Origin: Promethearchaeota archaeon
GTDB taxonomy: Archaea > Asgardarchaeota > Lokiarchaeia > Sigyniarchaeales > SOKP01
Length of the DNA stretch: 64,000 bases
Direction: 5' to 3'
Assembly: GCA_008080735.1 (NCBI GenBank)
Contig: SHMW01000003.1
Span: 1 to 64,000 of the forward strand
The notes under the pieces were generated by a model. That model saw nothing but the letters and a program-made list of their open reading frames with translations. It was not told where the DNA came from and searched no databases. Each line of letters begins with the position of its first letter. Within the stretch, counting starts at the first letter, position 1. A program made the translations under genes and the position numbers. Positions 50,552 through 59,810 of the stretch are shown in pieces.

Positions 50552-50885
50552 TCCCCTTTTTTTAAAGTACTTGGAGGAGCTCGAGAATAATAGAGTAATA
50601 GAAGATTATGGAATCACAATCAATTCTGAATAATTAGGGTATAAATTCATCCCAGTCATTGAGCTTACACTCTTCGAGGGTAAGATGTTCGAAATTGAGC
50701 ATGACAATACCAATAAACCGCACGTTTTCGGATTTTATTATATTATAGGTGAATAAGATCCCCTTATTTACATCGGATTTAAGAAATGTAACGAATTGAG
50801 CCAGCTGGTCAAGGAAACTAACTCGTACGAACATAGGGTTCGAAGAAATACTTATATTGGTTTGAATGGTATAAAGCATAGGATC
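50552..50885 (+). pseudogene. Decayed second copy of the Lrp/AsnC regulator
   Basis: From 50565: KYLEELENNRVIEDYGITINSE*LGYKFIPVIELTLFEGKMFEIEHDNTNKPHVFGFYYIIGE*DPLIYIGFKKCNELSQLVKETNSYEHRVRRNTYIGLNGIK, colinear with 49696-50187. Confidence 0.85.
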
Positions 50886-51031
50886 AGAAAAACTGAGAAA
50901 AAGGGCATTCAACAGTAACTACTAAAGAGATTGAGATTCCTGATTATATTTGATAAAATATGTCTATCGTGTATTTCTATTTGATTGCATTTATTAGTCT
51001 CTAAATCGAATATATATTAATAATTCTAAAT

Positions 51032-52192
51032 GTGATTATTTTGACTCAAACTCATATTATACCAAATATAGAAGAAATAGATAGAGACCAACTTTATGAG
51101 GACTTACGTAAATTTTTAAGTCCCGAGAAGAGTTTAAAACTTCCGAAAAATGATACGACAAAAAAGCTTTTAACCAATATGTACACCGAGACGGAGGCAT
51201 ATCTTATCGTAAATGGCTTTAAGAAACCTTTAGGTCCGAGACTTGGATGGAGTATGAGAAGAAAAACTAAGATTTCCAAAGAAAAGCTCCAAGAAATCTT
51301 AGACGATATGATCTATAAGGGTAAATTAATTAAAAAAGGCCCTTTTTACCTCATCTTCCCCTATATTCCTGGAGGTTTTGAGTTTTATTTTACCACCAAT
51401 AGAGATGATCCTACTCGTATGAAAAAAGCTGCAGAGGCACATGATGCTCTCTTTTATGAAGGCTATCCTTTGGGTCTCGGGAAAATGGATCCGACCGTCT
51501 ATCGCGTGATTCCAACCATAGAACCTACCAAAAAAACGTATGAAATAAATAAATCTATGGAAATTGAGCATCAAATCCTTACTTATGAGTTAATGGAAGA
51601 TTATCTCGCGGAAAAAGATATATTTGCAGTGGTTCCATGCAGCTGTAGGACTGCCGCTGCTTTAGCAGGTAATCCATGTAAAAGGACGGATGAAAATTAT
51701 TGTATCACCGCAGGAGCATTAGCAAAAAATAGTATAGAATCTGGCGTTGGAAGAGAGGTCACCTTGGAAGAGTTAATAGAGGTTATGAAAAAGGCAGAAA
51801 AAGAAGGATTAGTTCATGAGACATTTAACGTACAAGAAGCCTCCCTATTTATCTGTAATTGCTGTCCTTGTTGCTGTGGGTTTTTAAAAAGTGTAAAAGA
51901 ATTGGGAAATTACGCTGCGATCACCAAATCAAATTTTGAGCCGCTTGTTGATGAAGAAAAATGCACATTATGTAATATATGTGTAGAAATATGTCCCATG
52001 GAAGCAATGAGCTTGGAAGACACTTCAAATGGCGAAGCATCGGTAAAAATAGATATTAACTATCAGTTATGCATTGGTTGCGGGGTTTGTGCTTCAAATT
52101 GCCCCCAAGAAGCTATAAAACTCAACAAAGTAAGAAATGAAACACCTGTAAAGAATTTGAGAAAATATTACAAAAAATTGGAGCGACATTGA
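51032..52192 (+). CDS. Iron-sulfur protein with C-terminal 2x[4Fe-4S] ferredoxin domain
   Basis: CSCR, C....ENYC, CNCCPCCCG and two CxxCxxCxxxCP motifs. Confidence 0.85.
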   Translation: MIILTQTHIIPNIEEIDRDQLYEDLRKFLSPEKSLKLPKNDTTKKLLTNMYTETEAYLIVNGFKKPLGPRLGWSMRRKTKISKEKLQEILDDMIYKGKLIKKGPFYLIFPYIPGGFEFYFTTNRDDPTRMKKAAEAHDALFYEGYPLGLGKMDPTVYRVIPTIEPTKKTYEINKSMEIEHQILTYELMEDYLAEKDIFAVVPCSCRTAAALAGNPCKRTDENYCITAGALAKNSIESGVGREVTLEELIEVMKKAEKEGLVHETFNVQEASLFICNCCPCCCGFLKSVKELGNYAAITKSNFEPLVDEEKCTLCNICVEICPMEAMSLEDTSNGEASVKIDINYQLCIGCGVCASNCPQEAIKLNKVRNETPVKNLRKYYKKLERH

Positions 52193-52528
52193 ATAATCGG
52201 ATTAATTGGATTTTTTTACTTCTCCTTTTTTGGCTATCTCTCTGAAAAATTAATAAATTTCTTTGAAATAATCATTTGATTAATTCCTTAAATTTATCGA
52301 GGACTGAAATGGATTTTGTTTTCCAGACCCAATCTGCTTGTATATGAAATTTAGAGATAAACTTCGATTTAACCCATTCTGGTTTTTTAATTAGTTTAAA
52401 AAACATCCTCCCAATAATGAAAACTTAAACTATTGAACTTAGAATCTTTAATCCTAAAGAAATTATTTTAAAGGAAATTTGTTCTGATTTTTTTATAATT
52501 TAATATGGAAATCTTTATATATTCCAGA

Positions 52529-52565
52529 TTACGAATGATCGTAAATTGATTACGAACTTTCGTAA
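52529..52565. promoter_or_regulatory. Tandem palindromic operator (2 x TTACGA-N4-TCGTAA) just downstream of the TATA box of metal ABC operon 1
   Basis: TTACGAATGATCGTAA (52529-52544) and TTACGAACTTTCGTAA (52550-52565); TTTATATA at 52514-52521. Confidence 0.75.
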
Positions 52566-52576
52566 ATGATCTAAAA

Positions 52577-53677
52577 ATGAAAAAAAAGATACAGATAGCG
52601 AGTATTATTCTCCTAAGCCTATTTATTCTGAATGGATTCCCGGTACTCCACGCCAAAGCTGAATTCGAAATAAGAACCTCATCAAATAAGCCCAAAATCG
52701 TTACTTATATGTCGATCACTGAGGATTGGACTCGACAGTTATTACGTAATATAGAAGCCGATATATATGTACTAGTAAGCGGAAGTCAGGATGTTCATTC
52801 TTATGATCCAACCTCGGATGCGCTCTTGAAGATGGACGGGGCTGATTTATTCGTAAAACTCAATATACCGATAGAAGCTTATGCAGATGATATTGAAGAT
52901 TCATTTCCAGGAGTGCCAACAGTCAATTTATGGGTCAATTCAACTGAGGATTCTCAATGGGGATTTGATCCAAGAAAAGATCCTAAATGGGAACATCCTG
53001 CGCAACCTCCTAATATGCATATGTGGACAAGCCCTGTTATCGCGAGGAATTTTGTTCATAGATTAGCTGATGGATTAAAATCTGAGATAGGTTCAACCAC
53101 TCTAATCAATGATACGATAGATGCCAATTTACAAGCATATGATTTGCAATTAAATAATACAATCAATTGGTTAAATGCGCTTAAGGAAACTTCGGAATAT
53201 AAAAGTCTTAACTTAATTCCATTCCATCCGGCATTTTTCTATTATTTAGAAGATGATCTTAACTTGACTCGTGTAGCTGTGATTGAAGAAAAACCTGGTG
53301 TTGAGGTCTCTGGCTCTCATTTAGATTATATCAGAAGTGTTCTAAATGACTCTTGTACAATTATTTGGCATCCACAAGAAGCTATTAGCCAAGAATATGC
53401 GAATGATTTATCGATCGAAACAGGTGCAAATACAACAATGCTGACTCCATTATTACCTATAACAACACCTTCAGAATGGGTTCCCAAATTTGGGAGTCAA
53501 ATAGATACATTCCTCGAAATGGTCGAGTTTAATACATATCAATTGGTGAATGGTGAGCCTTACGAACCAGAAGGGGGATTCATTCCTGGATTTGATATCT
53601 TAATAACACTAATGTCGATAATTGGAATAAGCGGATTAATAGTAATAATATACCGAAGGAGGATATTTCACCAATAA
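52577..53677 (+). CDS. Cluster A-I (ZnuA/TroA-like) metal-binding protein with IPGF C-terminal sorting/anchor segment
   Basis: DVHSYDP, MHMWTSP, FHPAFFY; C-terminal IPGFD, TM and RRR. Confidence 0.88.
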   Translation: MKKKIQIASIILLSLFILNGFPVLHAKAEFEIRTSSNKPKIVTYMSITEDWTRQLLRNIEADIYVLVSGSQDVHSYDPTSDALLKMDGADLFVKLNIPIEAYADDIEDSFPGVPTVNLWVNSTEDSQWGFDPRKDPKWEHPAQPPNMHMWTSPVIARNFVHRLADGLKSEIGSTTLINDTIDANLQAYDLQLNNTINWLNALKETSEYKSLNLIPFHPAFFYYLEDDLNLTRVAVIEEKPGVEVSGSHLDYIRSVLNDSCTIIWHPQEAISQEYANDLSIETGANTTMLTPLLPITTPSEWVPKFGSQIDTFLEMVEFNTYQLVNGEPYEPEGGFIPGFDILITLMSIIGISGLIVIIYRRRIFHQ

Positions 53678-53757
53678 ATAAAATTTAAACATTTTTTTTC
53701 TATAAATTTTTTTTTCTGTAAAATCTATTAAATAATAATTTCATTTGTGAGAATGTT

Positions 53758-54822
53758 ATGATAAATATTACAATATTCGAATTTTTTGAATTGTTTGATA
53801 GAATCTGGATGCAGCGTATTTTAATCGCAGCAATCCTTATTGGGATTGTGGGAGGCATTATAGGGACGTTCATAATCCTTTACAAAATCATCTTTTTAGG
53901 AGAAGCTATCGCACATTCAGCATTTGCAGGAGTTGCTTTAGCTTTAGTAATCGGTGTTCAACCGATATATATGATCTTTTTATTTTCGGAACTCAGTGCA
54001 ATTTCAGTCGGGTACGTCAACCAAAAAAAAATTATGAATGAAAATATTATTCTCGCGATAATCTTTTCCGGAATGATGGCGTTAGGTATTATTTTCATTA
54101 ATCTTCTAACTGAGGTTTCTGCAAGTGTGAGCAGTATACTTTTTGGAGCGCTCTTTTACATAAATCAAGAACAGGTAATAATATTAATTGTGGTTAGTGT
54201 GATAGTAATAGCGATTCTTGTTTATCTTCGAAAGGAATTGTTTTTTATGGTATTTGATAAGGAAATGGCAAAATTATCTGGGATTCCAATAAAAATTCTG
54301 GATTATCTTTTCTTAATGCTTTTAGCCGCATTAATCGGTGTCTCTATTCAATCTATTGGTGCAATATTAGTATTCGCAATATTTATAATGCCCGCTGCTA
54401 CAGCCTACATGCTTACTTATAATTACCGCCTAATGATTATCTTGTCTGCTCTTTTCGGAGCTGTATCGGGATTTTTGGGTGTAATGATTTCATTTTTATA
54501 TAATCTTCCCGGAGGACCTTCTATAGTCATTATTGCCACAGGATTTTTTTTGGTTGCTTTTATCTTTTCTCCAAAACGTTTATCAAAATTTATCAATAAA
54601 TTCAAATTCAAATATTCGGAAGGATATAAAAAATTACAAGAGCAATTTGACCATCCACTTGGGATTGATGTCCCCCATGCTCATATTGATACAGAAAAAA
54701 TTATATTACAGGTCAAACCAAAAAAATTCCCTCCTGAACATAAATGGAAGGGTCATAAACCAATAAAGAAAGAAAAGAGTGAAACCAACAATACCAAGAA
54801 GGAGGAGAAAGATGAGAAGTAA
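53758..54822 (+). CDS. Metal ABC transporter permease (ZnuB/ABC-3) with His-containing C-terminal tail
   Basis: GEAIAHSAFAGVA, ILFG, FD...A...G, GAILV and PAATA. Confidence 0.9.
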   Translation: MINITIFEFFELFDRIWMQRILIAAILIGIVGGIIGTFIILYKIIFLGEAIAHSAFAGVALALVIGVQPIYMIFLFSELSAISVGYVNQKKIMNENIILAIIFSGMMALGIIFINLLTEVSASVSSILFGALFYINQEQVIILIVVSVIVIAILVYLRKELFFMVFDKEMAKLSGIPIKILDYLFLMLLAALIGVSIQSIGAILVFAIFIMPAATAYMLTYNYRLMIILSALFGAVSGFLGVMISFLYNLPGGPSIVIIATGFFLVAFIFSPKRLSKFINKFKFKYSEGYKKLQEQFDHPLGIDVPHAHIDTEKIILQVKPKKFPPEHKWKGHKPIKKEKSETNNTKKEEKDEK

Positions 54823-55555
54823 ACAAATGTGTGAAGAGGGAGATGCGATCTGTGTTAATGGAGTAACCGTAACCTATGGAGATGTGGTTGCATTATGGCA
54901 AATAAATTTAGATGTTTCCCACGGAGATTATATTGGGATTGCGGGACCTAACGCTTCGGGGAAAACAACATTATTTAAAACGATCTTAGGTCTAAAAAAC
55001 CCGGTTGAAGGAGAAGTAAGTATTTATGGAAAACCTGTTGGAAATTTACCCAAAAAAACACTCAATAAAATCGCGTATGTTCCCCAAGCTCATCAAATTG
55101 ATCAATTTTTTCCCGCAAAAGTGAAAGATGTAGTCTTAATGGGGAGATATGGTATAAACTTTTTAGGTAGCCCATTGAAGAAAGAGGATTATGAAAAAAT
55201 GGAAGAGGAACTAAAATTTGTTGGGATGTATGAACAGAAAAGCCGCCCGATAGGACATTTAAGCGGTGGACAACAGCAAAAGGTTCTTATCGCGAGATCT
55301 TTAGTAAGAGAACCGGAAATTTTATTGCTGGATGAACCTACAAGTAATCTTGATTTTAAAATTACGAAAGAAATAACGGAATTGATAACAAAACTGCATG
55401 ATGAGCGAAATCTTACTGTCTTGACGATAAATCATAATTTAGATTTGTTGCGTGAAGATATTGATCGATTAATTATATTAAATAAACGAATTATCTATGA
55501 TGGACCTCCCCATGGAGAGAAAGTCGATGAGATCTTATATAGTACATTCTTCTAA
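54812..55555 (+). CDS. Metal ABC transporter ATPase (ZnuC-like)
   Basis: GPNASGKTT, YVPQ, LSGGQQQK and LDEP; likely start ATG 54812. Confidence 0.92.
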   Translation: MRSKQMCEEGDAICVNGVTVTYGDVVALWQINLDVSHGDYIGIAGPNASGKTTLFKTILGLKNPVEGEVSIYGKPVGNLPKKTLNKIAYVPQAHQIDQFFPAKVKDVVLMGRYGINFLGSPLKKEDYEKMEEELKFVGMYEQKSRPIGHLSGGQQQKVLIARSLVREPEILLLDEPTSNLDFKITKEITELITKLHDERNLTVLTINHNLDLLREDIDRLIILNKRIIYDGPPHGEKVDEILYSTFF

Positions 55556-55629
55556 AAAATCATAAAAATGATTTTAAGTAACATAAAATTGTTTAGAGTT
55601 GGAAAGCAAGATAGGAGGTAATTTCAAAT

Positions 55630-56070
55630 ATGAATGATATTGACTATAAAGTACTAAAAATTATTTATCGGAATGATAGTAAAGCCAAGATCAAGCTTAT
55701 CCAGCAAAAGCTAAATCAGTATGGCTATGAGAACGTACCTTACTCCACAATTGATAGTTGTATTGAACGGCTAAATGAACAAAATTTGGTGGTTTGGGAG
55801 AAATATCACCCAATAGAATTAACAGCTAAAGGGGAAAATTATGCAAAAGAACTAATACGACACACACAATTATTAGAAGTTCTTTTATATAAAGAACTCG
55901 ATTTAACCACCGAAGAAGCACACAATGAAAGCGAAAAGTTCAATTTACTTTTTTCATGTAAAACGATAAATAAGATTTGTGAAAAATATGACCACCCTGA
56001 GCAATGTCCATGCGGGGAAGAAATTCTCAACTCCTCTAATTGCTTTTGCCAAAAAGAATTTTCAGAGTAG
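55630..56070 (+). CDS. DtxR/MntR-family metal-dependent repressor (divergent)
   Basis: wHTH, LT.KG...A..L.RH..LLE.LL...L and HPEQCPCG. Confidence 0.82.
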   Translation: MNDIDYKVLKIIYRNDSKAKIKLIQQKLNQYGYENVPYSTIDSCIERLNEQNLVVWEKYHPIELTAKGENYAKELIRHTQLLEVLLYKELDLTTEEAHNESEKFNLLFSCKTINKICEKYDHPEQCPCGEEILNSSNCFCQKEFSE

Positions 56071-56122
56071 AGTTCGATCATTCTTTTTAATTTGTTAATT
56101 GTAAGATAAAGAAAGAAGAATT

Positions 56123-56875
56123 ATGAATGAATTGAATTTCACGAAAGGGCTGCGAAAGTATATTGAGTATTATAAAGGATTAGACGATTTTTACCTTCCA
56201 TTTTTTTATTGGCTAAAAAATAATTATCCCATCAAAAAGGTATTATATCCTGGAAGTTATACCCATATTACAACCTCTCTCGTATTTCCAGAAGTAGTCT
56301 ATGTTGATAACACAAACTCATCCGAGATTACTTTTAAAGATAAAAATACGAGGAAATTTATTAACCGCTATAAGCTTTATGATAAAATATCAGAAATTAG
56401 GTTTTATTTAACCGATTATCGAAAAATACCTAATGAAAAGCCTTTAAGTTTCGATCTTCTTATCTCTATAAGTGCGGGCTTTATATCGACCACCTGTGGA
56501 AAATATTTAAGGAAAGGGGGCCTTTTTTTGTCCGACAACGATCATAATGATGCTGCACGAGGTTATGTTTCAAATAGTTATGAATTGATAGGAGTTTTGA
56601 ATAACATTAAATCTTCCAGACATGACCATCATTCTAAAAATATACAAGAAAACGTTCTTTTTGATGAAAAATATTTTAAAAGAAAAAGAAAAGAGATAGA
56701 AAGTTCATCGGAAATTCAGTTTATCTCAACAGATTTACAAGAATTCTTTCAACCGAAAATTGAGCCAGAGTTAACATTAGATATGGTTGAAGAAATCATG
56801 GAAAAATCTCCATCAAAACTCTCTTATAAATTGAAAAAGAAGGCTGATTTGTATTTATTTAGAAAATTAGATTAA
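56123..56875 (+). CDS. Hypothetical protein, possible SAM-dependent methyltransferase fold
   Basis: VLYPGS, VYVD, FDLLIS and YLRKGGLFL. Confidence 0.6.
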   Translation: MNELNFTKGLRKYIEYYKGLDDFYLPFFYWLKNNYPIKKVLYPGSYTHITTSLVFPEVVYVDNTNSSEITFKDKNTRKFINRYKLYDKISEIRFYLTDYRKIPNEKPLSFDLLISISAGFISTTCGKYLRKGGLFLSDNDHNDAARGYVSNSYELIGVLNNIKSSRHDHHSKNIQENVLFDEKYFKRKRKEIESSSEIQFISTDLQEFFQPKIEPELTLDMVEEIMEKSPSKLSYKLKKKADLYLFRKLD

Positions 56876-57298
56876 TATCCAATTAAATATATTGTTTTTT
56901 TCTAATAACACAAATTCGTTCTTAATAATTCAATGTTTTGATCCATAGTCAAGACTTTTAGAATGATATTAACACAAATTATAATCCGAAATATCCATGT
57001 GGATAGTATATAGATGCCCAATAAATTATATACAGGTTAAATGGGCTTTTAAGCCCAGACTTCATACCGGGTTTGAAAAAAGTAATACTTATATATAATT
57101 CTATATTTTATTAATTGAAAAACTCATAACAGCGCCTTTTTTATGACATAGAGGGGATATTTTATCCCCGATATTCATAATTTTTTATATTTTCTACATA
57201 AATCATTTTAATATTTATATATATTAATTTCAATTGAGTTTTGAATAGATCCTCAATTTCACTGATTGCTTCTCTCAAAAAAAAAAATTTAAGTTATA

Positions 57299-58864
57299 TT
57301 ATTGTTTTTTTCCAATAACATAGAACATTTTACTATTATCCAAAGATTTAGATATTTTTAATCCCGCTAATCTTAATATTTTTTTCAGTTTTCGCATAGA
57401 TGGTAGACGATCCTCAGAAACAATTCCATCCACATTTTTATGAAGACTATTTATCTCAGCTCGAGATTGGGAGTGAGATACCATTAATTTCCCACCTTTT
57501 TTAAGCAATCCAACCATATTCTTCACGGTTTGTTTTTGATTTAGGAAATGTGGAAAGCAAGAATAACAAAGAATAGTATCAAATCTATGCTTTTCCTCGA
57601 TTTTATTTATATCTTCCATTCTAAATTCTACATTTGGATATTTTTTTGCATATTTTTCTGATGCTTTTGTAATCATATTTTCAGAAATATCAATTGCAAG
57701 AATCTTTCCGTTTGCTCCCACTTTACCATATAAAAGCGGAATCATAACGCCTGTGCCAGTTCCAACATCAAGAATAGTTTCTCCTTTTGACAAATCAAGA
57801 GCTTTAAGTATCTTTTCTAATTTTTCAGAATCATGGTATACTTCCTCATCCCAATTTTTAGCTCGATCGTTGAAAAAATCTCGTATATTTTCAATGTTTT
57901 TTTCCGGAGAAGTCATAGTGTCGTACTTTTTTTTCGCTTTTTTATGTTTGGGTGAAATTAAAACTGAAAGAGCAAAAAAGGTCGCTGAAAAGATTATGAT
58001 GGAAGAGGATATAGGAAAATCTAACCATAAAGATAAGAAAACGCCCCCTATTATTGTAAATACTCCTACAATTGGGGAAAATATAAATAATTTTTTTGTA
58101 TCATATACATACTGATACACAGTGGATGTGGGATTTACTATCATTGCATACACTAAAAATGCACCCACGATATTAATAGAAAAGGAAACAGCAATTGCGG
58201 TTGCGAGTAAGATTATAAATTTGAAAAAGGCGACATTAATTCCTGCGGCCAATGCCATTTTTTTATTAAGCATTATACTCATGAATTCTTTAAAGAATAT
58301 CAAAAGCAACAATATTATGCTAATGTTTAATAATATTAATATAATCAATTCTTCTTGACTTAGACCAAATAAACTTCCCCAAATTATTCCCATTGAACTA
58401 GCTCCCGTGACTCCTTCTGGCATCATACTGATGAAAATAAACCCTAGTGCTATCATTAATGAAAAAAGAATGCCGAGAATGATATTTGAATCTAACTTGG
58501 TCTTATCAGACAATGGACCTAAGAGAAATGCAACCAGAATAGTAAAAATAGCTGCCATATATACAGGATTAAATCCACTTCCATAAGATTCCAATAATAA
58601 CCCAAGAGCAGCACCTGCAAAGGCAGCATGACTCATAGCGAAACCCACTGTGGTTATTTTCATGTGAACAACAAAAGTTCCTACAAGGCTCAAAGCAAAC
58701 CCTGCCAATATGGAACTTATAAGTATTTTTTTCATTATTTTCTCGGGCAATAAAACAAAAGAAATATTATTATAGTGCGCATAAATTCCCAATACACTGC
58801 CTATGACTACACAGATTAAAATAACAGATATTATATTTTTCCATCGTATATTATAGTTGGCCAT
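57299..58864 (-). CDS. Metal ABC permease (ABC-3) fused to a class I SAM-dependent methyltransferase
   Basis: N-terminal MSHAAFAGAALG...GAFLV; C-terminal FFNDRAKNWD, ILDVGTGTG, IDIS..M and LKKGGKL, in one ORF. Confidence 0.88.
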   Translation of the reverse strand: MANYNIRWKNIISVILICVVIGSVLGIYAHYNNISFVLLPEKIMKKILISSILAGFALSLVGTFVVHMKITTVGFAMSHAAFAGAALGLLLESYGSGFNPVYMAAIFTILVAFLLGPLSDKTKLDSNIILGILFSLMIALGFIFISMMPEGVTGASSMGIIWGSLFGLSQEELIILILLNISIILLLLIFFKEFMSIMLNKKMALAAGINVAFFKFIILLATAIAVSFSINIVGAFLVYAMIVNPTSTVYQYVYDTKKLFIFSPIVGVFTIIGGVFLSLWLDFPISSSIIIFSATFFALSVLISPKHKKAKKKYDTMTSPEKNIENIRDFFNDRAKNWDEEVYHDSEKLEKILKALDLSKGETILDVGTGTGVMIPLLYGKVGANGKILAIDISENMITKASEKYAKKYPNVEFRMEDINKIEEKHRFDTILCYSCFPHFLNQKQTVKNMVGLLKKGGKLMVSHSQSRAEINSLHKNVDGIVSEDRLPSMRKLKKILRLAGLKISKSLDNSKMFYVIGKKQ

Positions 58865-58920
58865 TATTCCTGTTCCATCTCATAAAGTAATTTAATTAAT
58901 TTTTATTTAACCTTATTTAA

Positions 58921-59757
58921 TTATAATAATTGGCAATATGCCCTATATTTATTAGATTTTAACGCTTTTTCAGGTTCAGTGTCTAAGACAACTCTCCCTT
59001 TTTGAATCATCACGACTCTATCAACTCCTTTTGGAATTTCACTTTTATGAGAAACACACAGAGTAGTTATATTGGCCAATCGGTTAAGCCTTAAAAATAG
59101 CTTAAACATCTTTTGACGGGCATTTACATCTAGATTCGCAAATGGCTCGTCTAATAACAAAATTTCGGGTTCAGCAGCCAATATATTTGCGATTCGGGCT
59201 TTTTGTTGCATTCCTCCCGATAATTTTCCAATTGGTCTTTCCCAATAATCCTCCACCTCCTCCTTATTACGGACTACATCAAAACAGAATCGAGCAATTG
59301 TTCTATCTTCCTTTTTAGGAAACTTAAAAAGACCTAATCTCCCAGATCGTGCGGTCATTACTGCTGTTTTCACCAAGAAAGGTGTTTGGGCATCAAATTC
59401 CACTCCCTGAATGAGATATCCTATTTTCCTTCTCAGTTGACGAGAATGTTTGAATACTGACTTTTGATTGATTCTTACTGAGCCCTTTTCGACGGGTAAC
59501 ATCCCAAGTACGGTTTCTAATAGAGTTGTTTTTCCCGATCCGTTGGGTCCGACAATCAGAACAAATTCTCCTTTATATATCTTTAAATTGATATCATGAA
59601 GCGTTGGATACCGTTCTCCCTCGTAAACCGTATTAACATTTTGTAAAATTATTTGTGGATTAAAATATTTTATTTTTTTTTCAGTGTTTAATCCTTTGTC
59701 TTGTTTATCTTCAATAGCATCTAAAAATTGCGGATTGTAGCTTTTCTCAAATCTCAT
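58921..59757 (-). CDS. Metal ABC transporter ATPase
   Basis: GPNGSGKTT, LSGGMQQK, LDEPF and VSH. Confidence 0.92.
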   Translation of the reverse strand: MRFEKSYNPQFLDAIEDKQDKGLNTEKKIKYFNPQIILQNVNTVYEGERYPTLHDINLKIYKGEFVLIVGPNGSGKTTLLETVLGMLPVEKGSVRINQKSVFKHSRQLRRKIGYLIQGVEFDAQTPFLVKTAVMTARSGRLGLFKFPKKEDRTIARFCFDVVRNKEEVEDYWERPIGKLSGGMQQKARIANILAAEPEILLLDEPFANLDVNARQKMFKLFLRLNRLANITTLCVSHKSEIPKGVDRVVMIQKGRVVLDTEPEKALKSNKYRAYCQLL

Positions 59758-59810
59758 ATTATTAAAAAAAAATGATTTAATTCTTTTTTAGAATTATTCA
59801 ATATTCACCT

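Noticed and set aside
49801-50885. Lrp gene and its copy as a DGR variable/template repeat pair
   Set aside because: Differences involve all bases and many synonymous sites, and no reverse transcriptase is in the window.
50634-50912. 92-aa minus-strand ORF in the track
   Set aside because: It is the antisense shadow of the Lrp pseudogene on the plus strand.
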